From Thermoproteota archaeon (GTDB lineage Archaea; Thermoproteota; Thermoprotei_A; Sulfolobales; Ignisphaeraceae), in the NCBI GenBank assembly GCA_030550585.1, contig JAUQPB010000001.1, positions 674,525-738,524 on the forward strand: DNA of 64,000 bases, in the 5' to 3' direction. The position numbers were made by a program, and so were the translations under genes. This document shows, in pieces, positions 21,001 to 29,818 of this stretch. The notes under the pieces were generated by a model. That model saw only the letters and a program-made list of their open reading frames with translations, had not been told where the DNA came from and made no database searches. Position 1 is the first letter of the stretch. Each line of letters starts with the position of its first letter.

Positions 21001-21090
21001 GTAGTTGATGTAAAACCGTATTATACGCACATAAAAACAGAACTGGCATTGTTAACACTGCCAGAAAATGTAATAAAGTGGATAAAATAG
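18055..21090 (+). CDS. GH35 glycosidase (beta-galactosidase or exo-beta-glucosaminidase type) with a long C-terminal beta-sandwich region
   Basis: N-terminal GH35 pattern (MHYFRIPKGMWFDRILKAKRAGLNCIASYIAWNWHEP...LQIENEY). 1011 aa. Confidence 0.85.
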   Translation: MEVGYKDEFFTIDNKKMFLFCGEMHYFRIPKGMWFDRILKAKRAGLNCIASYIAWNWHEPIENLVIFDDSTPPSPYESKAFSRDLESYIKIVKDLGLYFIARPGPYICSEWDSGGHPNWLYNKVAVLRSLDENYIKYSEKWYSTILPIIARHTVPNNGPIAVLQIENEYFWGDAKYLMKLYEIARKYIKDIPIITNENWHVEGTPIINTIDDYPSPWDVKGFDNKVRSYVKTQPGMPKMFMELEGGWFSTFGAPLPTNRGSFPAEWTEVLIKTAIGMGINGISIYMFHGGTNPGYYTGKYVTTTYDYEAAIREWGELSKRYYTIKRVALFVKTFNDFIAETKPIEDGAKASVEGIDVFTRVSDGGSALIVLRNLGPAPQQAKIIFRDSTYPLQDLVRIPRRNAKIVLANYNIAGTPFRLLFTSSEPLLINAFDKKAILIVYGDPLEVGEIDVEAEQQVDVVFARDVYVSLQGNRAIVGYVHGESDRIVVLRSGEYELYILAISRSRADRTWYIDDFKPPIIIVSNIYFAGVAKRDGERISIELELDSSSCGPITIVSPRPLTKVMLGGREVGIENLYGILYTSKIDFCREQQKIVVDVDEELRIAEEGEQKDLIAIEPRKPLEGLDMLFNGYAVYSIEFNLSKEDMASLKNKTIYVSYFNDYATTILNGVPLSSGYHSIEADASKALREGLNRLLIVLESTGHTNDGLLYIPNGVVGGIYLGKLGEIHIDKWLYIEYRPPYGKDFSLTMFLSNPRDIEKLLQKPEALGNGIEVTGGIQRAGIYVGRFAAAKSFGRFILDLGKGVYYSRPLIFVNKRFAGVYHGPMDVTEYVVDGENEIAIAVEYTQTALHPVIKVYHMYVKGSWKVSYGTRGLNEKWFAEGYNDSSWSKVRLPIVIKGKEGSIIWVRGKVRIEYGDGVASPLKLVLRGSGVKALIYFNGQFLGRYVDEGPQIEFYIPETLVQKGENVIAMMLHIISGEASINVVDVKPYYTHIKTELALLTLPENVIKWIK

Positions 21091-21131
21091 CTTTAGGCTG
21101 GAAAAACAAGCAACTTTTGTGAGGTGATTGT

Positions 21132-21794
21132 ATGAGTCAGCAGGATATATTGAATCGAATTAAGGAGTCTCTAGCCAACTTGGATATGGATTCAACTTTA
21201 AACTATGTTAGAGAAGCTTTGAACAAGGGTATTGAGGTTAAAGATATAATCAACACCCTTGCAGAGGCTATGAGAATTGTTGGCGAAAGATATGAGAGGG
21301 GTGAATACTTTGTAGCAGACTTAATCGTATCTGCAGAGATATTCAATAATGTTATGGAGATCTTGAAACCAAAGATTATGGAGATAAGGAGAGAGGTTAA
21401 ACCCATTGGAAGAGTAGTCATAGGCACTATATACGGTGATATACACGACATTGGAAAGAATCTTGTAAAAACATTTCTAGAGGCAAACGGCTTCGAGGTT
21501 ATTGATCTTGGTACTGATGTGCCTCCAGAAAGGTTTGTAGAGGCCGTAAAACAGTACAATCCAGATATAGTTGGTATAAGCGCATTGTTAACATCGACAA
21601 TGGTGCATATGAAAGATGTTATAGAGGCACTTAAGAAAGAGGGTTTAAGAGAAAGGGTCAAGGTAATTGTTGGTGGGGCACCGGTAACAGAGAAATTTGC
21701 TAAGGAAATTGGTGCAGATGCGTATGGTGAAAACGCTTTTGTATCAGTAGAGATATGTAAGAAGTTGGTAGAAGAGTTGAGAAAAGGAAGATAG
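21132..21794 (+). CDS. Cobalamin-binding corrinoid protein (MtaC/MtbC/MetH-cap type)
   Basis: Helical B12 cap followed by a Rossmann B12-binding domain with DxHxxG (GDIHDIGKN), SxL (SALLT) and GG (VGGAP). SD-like GAGGTGAT lies 5 nt upstream of the ATG. Confidence 0.85.
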   Translation: MSQQDILNRIKESLANLDMDSTLNYVREALNKGIEVKDIINTLAEAMRIVGERYERGEYFVADLIVSAEIFNNVMEILKPKIMEIRREVKPIGRVVIGTIYGDIHDIGKNLVKTFLEANGFEVIDLGTDVPPERFVEAVKQYNPDIVGISALLTSTMVHMKDVIEALKKEGLRERVKVIVGGAPVTEKFAKEIGADAYGENAFVSVEICKKLVEELRKGR

Positions 21795-21869
21795 TTTTGA
21801 CATTACAGTTTATATTGGTTGTCACTCGGTTTTAGATGTAGAGAGAAGAGGAATTGGTTAGGGCCATAA

Positions 21870-22247
21870 CTATGTATGTAATGGGATATACCTTCTGTTA
21901 ACGCTTCTAACCTTGGAAATGTTGCTGTAGAACTTTGCTAGATCCGTTGAATTTCCTTGGACAATTATTGTGTATATGCATCTATTGTTTATGTGATAGT
22001 GACTATAATTTACAATCACCTCTTTATTTGATGATAATATCCTCTCAATCTCTGCATTCTCAGGCTCTTCAACTACTATGAGCCCACAACAGTTGTGATT
22101 TACTACGAAGTGGTTGAGGTCTCTCACATAGTTTTTCAAAGCCTCTTCAACAAAGTCGGATCTGTTGATGTTGAGGCTCTTCGCTATCTCGTCTATTTTT
22201 GAGTATAGTGTTGCCTCTATAGATATCCCAAACCTTTTCTTAGGCAT
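21870..22247 (-). CDS. NikR-like ribbon-helix-helix metal-responsive regulator
   Basis: N-terminal RHH (KRFGISIEATLYSKIDEIAKSLNINRSDFVEEALKNYV) plus a C-terminal His/Cys-containing ACT-like domain (HNCCG...HYH). Overlaps the 3' end of the permease gene by 8 nt. Confidence 0.65.
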   Translation of the reverse strand: MPKKRFGISIEATLYSKIDEIAKSLNINRSDFVEEALKNYVRDLNHFVVNHNCCGLIVVEEPENAEIERILSSNKEVIVNYSHYHINNRCIYTIIVQGNSTDLAKFYSNISKVRSVNRRYIPLHT

Positions 22248-23109
22248 GTTTTTTCGCCGAGAGAACCCTTGCTATTAGATATATAGAAAGAGTTATAAAT
22301 CCTATGCCACCCGCTGGTGCAATGTTGAGTTTTGTTGATAGCAATAGCCCGAGAAACGATGATGCAACTGCCGATACTACACTTGTGTGGAGGGCTTCTC
22401 TGGAACTTGAAGAGACTGCTGATGCTATTATTGCTGGTAGTGTTAGAAGAACATGCTCTAGTACGAAACCAACAATCTTTAGGAGGGCAACTGATGAGAT
22501 TCCCAATAGTGTGTATATCGCTGTGTCGTATAGCCAGATATTCCTGGCAGAGAGCTTTGCATGGTCTAGATCCACACCCATATAAATGCCAAACATATAC
22601 AAGTATACTGTGGCTAGAGCAGATGCCACAGCTATTATAGTTAGCTGGAGGGCTTCTTGGGATGTTACAAGCAGGGGATCCCCAAGAATAAATGCCCATA
22701 GATTGTATTGAACACTATAGAATGTTAAAACATAGTATGTTGCCACAACACTTCCAGAAGCAGTTAGAGAAACCATAACCGATGTTGCAACATCTGGGTC
22801 TACACCAGCTCTAATAAGATGGCCCACAACATTTATTAGAATAATCGATATTATTAAAGCCCATAGAAACTCATTCAAGAGGTTAGTTGTTTTGTATACC
22901 ACTATGCCTAGGACAACAGAAAATAGAGCCATGTGAGGAGCCTCCGTCGCTAGAAAAAATAGTCTTCTGGCAGCTATAACAGGGCTTATAAAACCGTAGA
23001 GAAGAGATGAAAAAGCGAATACCATAAACCATGTCAGCGGCATGTAGATAGCTGTGTAGATTGCGGCTCCAAGCGCTAGGATGGTGAGGACTATAGCAAA
23101 GGCTTTCAT
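22240..23109 (-). CDS. ABC-3 family metal (Zn/Mn/Fe) transporter permease
   Basis: About 8-9 TM helices, ZnuB/TroC-like size. The ATG at 23109 (MKAFAIVL) is preferred over the longer ORF-track start at 23145. Confidence 0.8.
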   Translation of the reverse strand: MKAFAIVLTILALGAAIYTAIYMPLTWFMVFAFSSLLYGFISPVIAARRLFFLATEAPHMALFSVVLGIVVYKTTNLLNEFLWALIISIILINVVGHLIRAGVDPDVATSVMVSLTASGSVVATYYVLTFYSVQYNLWAFILGDPLLVTSQEALQLTIIAVASALATVYLYMFGIYMGVDLDHAKLSARNIWLYDTAIYTLLGISSVALLKIVGFVLEHVLLTLPAIIASAVSSSSREALHTSVVSAVASSFLGLLLSTKLNIAPAGGIGFITLSIYLIARVLSAKKHA

Positions 23110-23113
23110 GGCA

Positions 23114-24109
23114 TCACACCACCCTCTTCTTAACAGCGAAAACAACTAGTGCTATGACGAGGATAGAGATTGCAATAATAGTGGTTATTGTATACAAATT
23201 TGTATGAGCTTCGGCAACAGATGTTTTTGTAGTTAGATTAGCGTTGTTTATGATTTGCGAAACCTTCTCCAGATAATCCAGGGTTCCATTGTATACCAGA
23301 GGATTTGGGAGCTCTACAAAGGGTTTTCCATATGTTCTAGCCATCTCCTCTAGTTTGCTAGAAGCTGTAGATCCTTGTGTTACAAGTACAACAACATTTT
23401 TGCTTGTCTTAATAATGTTCTCAACATTTTGATAATCTTGGGGCGTCACAGGAGTCTCCTCATCTCTTAGCAAAATATATGAGATATTCAGATCAAGCCA
23501 TGCAGCAACGTATTGAATAGGTGGTGTGTCTATGACTGCTATATAGCCTGATAACCTTCTTGTATTGTTGGTCAACTGTGTTAATTCTGCTAATAGCGTC
23601 TTTGCATTCTCTCTATAAACATTTGAACATTCCGGTCTTAAAGTCTCTAGAAAATTTTCAACATATTTTATAAAAACTTCATAGTTCTTAGGATAGAATA
23701 TCACGGCATGGTAGTTTATCTGACCAGTTTGAGGATGCTTTAAGAAGATTATACCAGGTATTTTAGTTATCTCAACAAGCGCTGCATTGAGTTCACCACT
23801 AGCAACAAGTTTCTCTATCTGCAATTCAAATGGTGCATGAGCTGTTGATATTACTAGACTTGCCACCTTAAGTGTGTCTATATCAGATGGTGTAAGCTGA
23901 TATTCATGCGGATCTATACCCGGCTTCACAAGAAGTAGAACAGAGTCTCCTTGGCAAACAAGCTTTTTAACATCGTTGTATAGAAATGGAAAGGTAACAA
24001 CAACTACAAGTCCATTTCCATTACTAGCTGTTGTATAGGGCGCTATAAGCATAGACAACAGTAGTATGATTATGGAAACCTGTTTCAGCACTTCCATAGC
24101 CCTCACCAA
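23114..24109 (-). CDS. Metal-binding solute-binding protein (ZnuA/TroA cluster-9 type) with C-terminal TM anchor
   Basis: DPHEYQLTPSDIDTLKVASLVISTAH matches the DPHxYxxxPxD motif of the family. N-terminal signal and a C-terminal hydrophobic helix plus KKR tail. ATG at 24097 is the likely start. Confidence 0.75.
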   Translation of the reverse strand: MVRAMEVLKQVSIIILLLSMLIAPYTTASNGNGLVVVVTFPFLYNDVKKLVCQGDSVLLLVKPGIDPHEYQLTPSDIDTLKVASLVISTAHAPFELQIEKLVASGELNAALVEITKIPGIIFLKHPQTGQINYHAVIFYPKNYEVFIKYVENFLETLRPECSNVYRENAKTLLAELTQLTNNTRRLSGYIAVIDTPPIQYVAAWLDLNISYILLRDEETPVTPQDYQNVENIIKTSKNVVVLVTQGSTASSKLEEMARTYGKPFVELPNPLVYNGTLDYLEKVSQIINNANLTTKTSVAEAHTNLYTITTIIAISILVIALVVFAVKKRVV

Positions 24110-24115
24110 TGTTTG

Positions 24116-24158
24116 TTGTGCACAAAACTATATAAGCTTTTCTAGACTCTGTGCACAA
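24116..24158. promoter_or_regulatory. Bidirectional promoter with two copies of the palindrome TGTGCACA(A) flanking a shared TATA element
   Basis: TTGTGCACAA at 24116-24125, CTATATAAG at 24128-24136, and TGTGCACAA at 24150-24158. The whole 51-nt divergent intergenic region lies between the SBP gene and the ATPase gene. Confidence 0.6.
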
Positions 24159-24160
24159 TA

Positions 24161-24937
24161 GTGTTGCATATGCTAAAGACAGTAAACCTAGACATTGGTT
24201 TTGACAAGCCACTAGTTAGAAATATTAACATCTATATCGAGAAGCCCTCTCTAGTACAGGTGATGGGGCCTAATGGTGCCGGCAAAACAACTTTTCTAAA
24301 AACCTTAGCAGGCTTGATAAAGCCATTGAATGGAAGGATTTATATCGATGACGTTGACGTGACTGGAAGTAGCGAGAAGGCCGGCAGGTTCATATCATTC
24401 TCTCCTCAGATAGTTACAACAAAACAAGGCGAGGCATTTCCAATTAGTGTGTGGGAATTTGTTGAATTTGGTGCTGATTTGTGCTATAGAAAGAGAGGAG
24501 TGGGCATAAGCAAAATGGAGTTAAGAAAAGTTGTTAGAGATGCTCTACAGTCTGTTGGTATTGGACAGGAGCTTTGGGGGAGGAGTATATGGAGGTTGTC
24601 TGGAGGACAGAGACAGAGGATTTTCATAGCTAGAGCCATTGCTTGTAACACACCTATTATCTTACTAGATGAACCCCTCTCATCAATTGATCCCGAGGGA
24701 AAAGCCGAGATAGCAAATCTCATCGGGTCTCTAAGCAAATCAAAAATAGTTATTGCAACATGCCATGATCCTGAGATGCTTCTGAGGTACACAGACCTTG
24801 TACTGCTTATTGGAAAGGGGAAATACGTTGCAGACAAGCCAGAAAATGTTCTAGTAGGCAACGTTCTTAGAGAATTCTATGGAGAATCGATAGTGGAATT
24901 CGCTAACCACATACATGTATGCGATTATCATGTCTGA
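24161..24937 (+). CDS. Metal ABC transporter ATP-binding protein (ZnuC-like)
   Basis: Walker A GPNGAGKTT, signature LSGGQRQR, Walker B ILLDEP, H-loop ATCHD. ATG at 24170 is an alternative start. Confidence 0.9.
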   Translation: MLHMLKTVNLDIGFDKPLVRNINIYIEKPSLVQVMGPNGAGKTTFLKTLAGLIKPLNGRIYIDDVDVTGSSEKAGRFISFSPQIVTTKQGEAFPISVWEFVEFGADLCYRKRGVGISKMELRKVVRDALQSVGIGQELWGRSIWRLSGGQRQRIFIARAIACNTPIILLDEPLSSIDPEGKAEIANLIGSLSKSKIVIATCHDPEMLLRYTDLVLLIGKGKYVADKPENVLVGNVLREFYGESIVEFANHIHVCDYHV

Positions 24938-24994
24938 TGATCGAACAAACCATGATAAATCATAGCATGTTTCTGGTTGGCGCCTAGAGTCACA

Positions 24995-26338
24995 TCATAT
25001 CTGGCATTTTTGCCTTATCTTCTGTGCATAGTCTAGAGATCTTTCTATCAATTCTTTGTAGTTGCCTAAATAGGTTCTATAATTCAATGCTTCTCTGATC
25101 TCCTCCTTTGATAGATACTTTGCAATTCTTTCATCTTTTAGCAAGACTGTATAGAAATCCTCTGATCCAATTCTAGATGCAAGCTCGGACAACAGCTTAT
25201 GTGCTTCATGTCTCGGCATACCCTTCTCAACGAGCTTAACCATGATGGCCTCTGCCATTATGCCCCCCTTGGTAAGCTCAATGTTTCTCTTCATAGCCTC
25301 CTCATCTATGTGTATAACGCTTAGCAGTTTGTCCATGTCTACGAGCATCTGGTCTACCACTAGAAAGATATGTGGTATCAGAATTCTTTCACTGCTACTA
25401 TTTGTCAAGTCTCTTTCATGCATAAGCGGAATGTTCTCTAGAGCTGCTAGTGCAAGCGCTCTTGCAATTTTTGCTAAACCGGATATCCTCTCTGCTGTAA
25501 CAGGGTTTCTCTTCTGAGGCATTGTACTACTACCAACTCTTTTAACAGCCTCGTAGACCTCCCCTATCTCTGTCCTAGAGAGCTCTCTAACCTCTAGAGC
25601 GAATCTGTCAAGCTGGCTAGCAAGTATGGCTAGGCTTAAAACAAGCTCTGCAAAGCCATCTCTCGGCGCAACCTGAGTTGATATGGCATGCGGCTCTAGC
25701 CCAAGCTCTTTAGATGCCACCGATTCTACTATCAATCCCCTCCCTCTCCACGCCGCCATGGTTCCAACAGCACCAGAGATTTTGCTTCTAACAACCCTCT
25801 TCTCTACTTCGCACAGCCTCTCCAACCCCCTGGAAAACTCGTATACATAGTTAGCAAATTTGAATCCAAGTGTAATCGGTATGGCATGCTGCCCATGTGT
25901 TCTACCAGCCATTATAGTGTCTACATACCTCTTACTCAACTCTGAAAGTCTATCAATAATCTTTTCAAGCCTATTCTTAATGACTCTAAGAGCATCCCTT
26001 ATGATTAGCGCCCACGCTGTGTCGACAACATCGTAGCTTGTTGCACCTAGGTGAACATACTTTCCGCACTCTCCACACCTCTCACCAAGAATATATGCTA
26101 GCGCAGCTATGTCGTGGCCCAGCACAGCCTCTCTCTCATATATCTCCTCTGGCTTCACGCTTTGTGCACAGATCTTAATGCTGTCTGCGCAACCTCTTGG
26201 TGCTAGTCCAGCCTCTTCCAAACCCCTCATAATGGCTAGCTCAACATCTATATATCTTCTGACAATAGAGTCCTGCCTAAAGATATTCTTCATCTCAGCC
26301 GATCCATACCTCCAATCGAAGACACATACGCTGTCCAT
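24995..26338 (-). CDS. purB: Adenylosuccinate lyase
   Basis: Fumarate-lyase signature SSTMPQKRNP. 447 aa with overall PurB layout. Confidence 0.95.
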   Translation of the reverse strand: MDSVCVFDWRYGSAEMKNIFRQDSIVRRYIDVELAIMRGLEEAGLAPRGCADSIKICAQSVKPEEIYEREAVLGHDIAALAYILGERCGECGKYVHLGATSYDVVDTAWALIIRDALRVIKNRLEKIIDRLSELSKRYVDTIMAGRTHGQHAIPITLGFKFANYVYEFSRGLERLCEVEKRVVRSKISGAVGTMAAWRGRGLIVESVASKELGLEPHAISTQVAPRDGFAELVLSLAILASQLDRFALEVRELSRTEIGEVYEAVKRVGSSTMPQKRNPVTAERISGLAKIARALALAALENIPLMHERDLTNSSSERILIPHIFLVVDQMLVDMDKLLSVIHIDEEAMKRNIELTKGGIMAEAIMVKLVEKGMPRHEAHKLLSELASRIGSEDFYTVLLKDERIAKYLSKEEIREALNYRTYLGNYKELIERSLDYAQKIRQKCQI

Positions 26339-26348
26339 TTTAGAGACC

Positions 26349-27476
26349 CTATGTCACAACATCTTCTAGGCATTTGTTTTCAATGCATTCTCTAATCTCC
26401 ATAGCTATTCTCCTCCCCATACTCACTGGCTTACCGAAGTAGAGTTTGCTATACTGTCCACCTATACCCATGTGAACATTGGTTCCACCACCAATTCTAA
26501 AAGCAACATCAAATACAACTACATCCATATCGGATGTGACAAAGAGCTGGAGTGTGAAGGGCCCTATTATGCCTGGAGGCTCGGCTTTTTTGCATGCCTC
26601 GGCAAATCTATCGCCTATCTCAAATAGTTTTTCAAGCATGCTTTCTCTTATGGTAGCCATTTCATGGCCTATCTCAATCATTTCAATGTCTATATATTCA
26701 CTTAGCTCTGTTTGAATATTTGCAGGGAGTCTTAGAAAACCATCTAAATTTGTTTGAATCCTTCTATCAATAGATATTATCTCAACATCTCTTCTGGCAA
26801 TGCTTGCAAAATAGTTTACATTGAAGTGGGCCCCAATAACAAGCTCTTCTATAGATGCTTTAGGCAAATCATCTTCTCTTACAACACCATCTGAAACAAG
26901 CTTCCTAAACTTTTTCCAGAAATCGTCTCTGTCGATAGCAACGAAAAACCCCCTCTCGACCCTCTTTTTGGCATGGGGCATTTTGACCATGACAGGCCTA
27001 TCTATTTCATCTGGGCTCGAAAATGTCTTAGGTCTTCTAATGCCAGCCTCATCCAAGATCCTATAGTATGTCTTTTCCCCGACCCTCTCCTCATATCTAA
27101 GAAGATATCTATTGCCGAATATGGGCACAGAGAAGATCTTCTCTATGTTGTCATAGCCTACATAGACAGAGAAGCTTCTATTGGGAACAAATATCGTGTT
27201 ATACCTTCTCAGAAGCTCTATATTCTCTTGTCTAACAACATCAGCAAACTTGTCTAGGATCATTGGAACATCAACAACTCTCTTAAATCTTAGATATGGC
27301 TTCTCCCTTCCCTTCTGACAAACAGCTATAGTCTTAAAACCTTCATCCTTAGCACCATCGAATACATCCAAGGCAGAGTGGCTAGCTATTGCAGCAATGC
27401 TTATATCGCTTAATTTATAGCCATTCAAAAGCTCTTTAACATTTAGTCTTCCGCTCATACTTAACCCAATACACAT
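26349..27476 (-). CDS. purP: 5-formaminoimidazole-4-carboxamide ribonucleotide (FAICAR) synthetase, archaeal ATP-grasp type
   Basis: N-terminal IAAIASHSALDVFDGAKDEGFKT pattern typical of PurP. ATP-grasp size. Adjacent to purB. Confidence 0.85.
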   Translation of the reverse strand: MCIGLSMSGRLNVKELLNGYKLSDISIAAIASHSALDVFDGAKDEGFKTIAVCQKGREKPYLRFKRVVDVPMILDKFADVVRQENIELLRRYNTIFVPNRSFSVYVGYDNIEKIFSVPIFGNRYLLRYEERVGEKTYYRILDEAGIRRPKTFSSPDEIDRPVMVKMPHAKKRVERGFFVAIDRDDFWKKFRKLVSDGVVREDDLPKASIEELVIGAHFNVNYFASIARRDVEIISIDRRIQTNLDGFLRLPANIQTELSEYIDIEMIEIGHEMATIRESMLEKLFEIGDRFAEACKKAEPPGIIGPFTLQLFVTSDMDVVVFDVAFRIGGGTNVHMGIGGQYSKLYFGKPVSMGRRIAMEIRECIENKCLEDVVT

Positions 27477-27612
27477 AGATTCTAATCAAATATATGCTTT
27501 ACGTTTAGAATGTGCATGTAATTTAGATCTTTTCACCTCCTCAAAGAAGAGAAGGTATGCAAAACAGCTGTGCTAAAGCCCATCGCCCATTCGATGAACA
27601 GCATCACATATG

Positions 27613-28617
27613 CTACACCTCTATTATTTCATAATTATCCCTCTCAATTCCAAAATCATTAACTATTCCCAACAGCCATTTTCTGCACGTCTCAACTCTG
27701 TGTAGCGAAAGCGTTTTTGGCACATAGTGAAGAAAAACCTGTTTAGAGAGCTTGTCATAGCCCAATACAGCAACCCATCTAATCCCCAAAACAGTGTTTC
27801 CAATCACTTCAGAATTGACAAGCTTGAATATGGCGTAACTAGAATTCTCCATATAGTCGTCTATGAATATACATTGCATGCCGTGTTCAGCTATAAAGCA
27901 GTTGTCTTGTTTTAGCCTCATGGAGTTTGGGACCAATGCAAATAAATCGCCTCTTGCAAATAGATACACAGAAGGGTCTCTGCAAACCCTGTTTGCATAG
28001 ATACCACCTATGCTGTCTCCAAAGAATTTTTTGAGAATTGTATGAGCATCATTAACACATTCTGAGTGGTATATCGCACTAATTCTAAACGTGGGTATTT
28101 CGAAACCTTGTGGAAAATACTCATAGAATTTGTCTAAGATCCTCATCGTTCTATTCGAAAATCTCGTATATAGAGCTTTTCTTCCCCTATCTCTCAGTCT
28201 GTCGAGAACCCTCTGAATATAGTTTACCCACATCTGTACAGATGCCAGGCACTTCTCCAGGCCATTGAGACAGTTGGAAACAACATTGTTTGCTATCCTC
28301 TCAATGCATTCCCTTGTACGGCAGTAAATATGCGTAGCATAGCCTAGATCCACCAGCCCTTCTACTAGGCTCCAGAGCTCGTTGCTATAGTTATAAACAT
28401 GGTATACCCTACCACTATATCTGTAAGTGTGTATATACTGTATGTGTATTGCATTGAACACTCTTCTAAATAGTTCATCAACCTTCCAAGCCTCTGCTAC
28501 AATCAACATGACTCCACGTTTTTTCCTAGCAACACACGAAGATGTTATCTTATCGCATTGCAATATTTCATAGCTTCTAGTATATGGAGATCCAAAGCCT
28601 ACATGAATATATCTCAT
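27613..28617 (-). CDS. Hypothetical Cys-rich protein (334 aa)
   Basis: Long ORF with no recognisable motif. Lies between purP and a conserved kinase gene. Confidence 0.45.
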   Translation of the reverse strand: MRYIHVGFGSPYTRSYEILQCDKITSSCVARKKRGVMLIVAEAWKVDELFRRVFNAIHIQYIHTYRYSGRVYHVYNYSNELWSLVEGLVDLGYATHIYCRTRECIERIANNVVSNCLNGLEKCLASVQMWVNYIQRVLDRLRDRGRKALYTRFSNRTMRILDKFYEYFPQGFEIPTFRISAIYHSECVNDAHTILKKFFGDSIGGIYANRVCRDPSVYLFARGDLFALVPNSMRLKQDNCFIAEHGMQCIFIDDYMENSSYAIFKLVNSEVIGNTVLGIRWVAVLGYDKLSKQVFLHYVPKTLSLHRVETCRKWLLGIVNDFGIERDNYEIIEV

Positions 28618-28663
28618 AATTTATCGACGCAGAGGATGAAGATTGTTGATTTACGGATTCTGC

Positions 28664-28978
28664 TTAGTCAACTGGTCTTGCACTCTCTAGAAGCCAGTCT
28701 CTAACAAATCTAAGTACATATATCCCCGGCTCTATTTCGAGTGCAGGATGTTGATCATGTACAATTTTCGTGTTTTTATGCACAATGACATAGGTTTGAG
28801 ATAAGCCATCTCTACAAACCTCTGCTTCGAGCAGGTGTCTGTGACCCGTTTCACCGGGTATTTCAAGCTTATTTGATGTGGTGTTGCAGAACCTTTTTAC
28901 GGTATCGCCACTCAAATCAATCTTTTCCAGTATCACATCTCCTTGTCTATATAGCCTTCTCGTCATTGTCCTACCCAC
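28664..28978 (-). CDS. Hypothetical small beta-rich protein (104 aa)
   Basis: Motif series RQGDVIL...GETGHRH...HDQHPALEIEPGIYVL. I recall similar RQGDV/GExTGHxH patterns in small phage-encoded proteins but cannot name a family. Confidence 0.45.
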   Translation of the reverse strand: MGRTMTRRLYRQGDVILEKIDLSGDTVKRFCNTTSNKLEIPGETGHRHLLEAEVCRDGLSQTYVIVHKNTKIVHDQHPALEIEPGIYVLRFVRDWLLESARPVD

Positions 28979-29054
28979 TAATTGTATAGGATATATATAG
29001 TGTGCTTCAGCAACCAGTTTGCTTGTTTATGTAAACAGGGGCATATTTGGAGGG

Positions 29055-29645
29055 CTATCCTCTATGCATCTCAATAAAATGTAGCAATGTTTGCAAATCC
29101 TCGTCTGAGAGTCTTGATGTCCAGTCTATTGAGTATCCATAGTATGCCGGTTTATCACCAAAGATTATGTCAATAATCTCTTTTGCAAGGTCATCAAAGT
29201 TTTTCGATGTTGTGTCAACCTCGATTACCATGTCTTCTCCAAGCTCTTCAACAGCATTTGCTGTACATATTCCAACAAGCTCTGCTTCAACATTTTCAGC
29301 TATTTTCTTGGGGCTCCACCCCCTATCCTCAAGCACCTTTATGATTTCGATGGGGTTTCTTCTAAGAACTAAAACAACTTCTAGAACATCTTTTGGTATA
29401 ATCTCTACGTAGTGTCCAACAACTATAATTGGTCCCGTCCTCTTAGCCATGTCCCCGATAGCCTTGCTCAACCTATCTTCATCTATTATGTAGCTACCTC
29501 TAGCATCGTCATATGCAATCACATAGCTGTTTCTTATGGCAAACTCGCTAAGCTCTACAACCTCAATACCAAGATATTGCGATAGCCTCTTTGCAAGCTG
29601 GGACTTCCCAGTTCCTGGAACACCAGATATGCCAATGGATTTCAT
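29055..29645 (-). CDS. AK6/Fap7-like adenylate kinase (nucleoside-triphosphatase)
   Basis: P-loop GVPGTGKS right after the preferred start (MKSIGISG at 29645). About 195 aa, as for archaeal Fap7 homologs. Confidence 0.7.
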   Translation of the reverse strand: MKSIGISGVPGTGKSQLAKRLSQYLGIEVVELSEFAIRNSYVIAYDDARGSYIIDEDRLSKAIGDMAKRTGPIIVVGHYVEIIPKDVLEVVLVLRRNPIEIIKVLEDRGWSPKKIAENVEAELVGICTANAVEELGEDMVIEVDTTSKNFDDLAKEIIDIIFGDKPAYYGYSIDWTSRLSDEDLQTLLHFIEMHRG

Positions 29646-29818
29646 GGACCACCAGCTAAGGCTCGTTTGCACCACAAAATTCAGAATTTATAAAGCTTTA
29701 AGCCTTTTAACATCATCTATAATCATACCATTCAAGAATATAAGTGGAATGGCTAGAGCAATTTGCCCAGACCCTTATATATTATGATTATTGTATATTG
29801 ATTCTCGGGAAAAAACAC

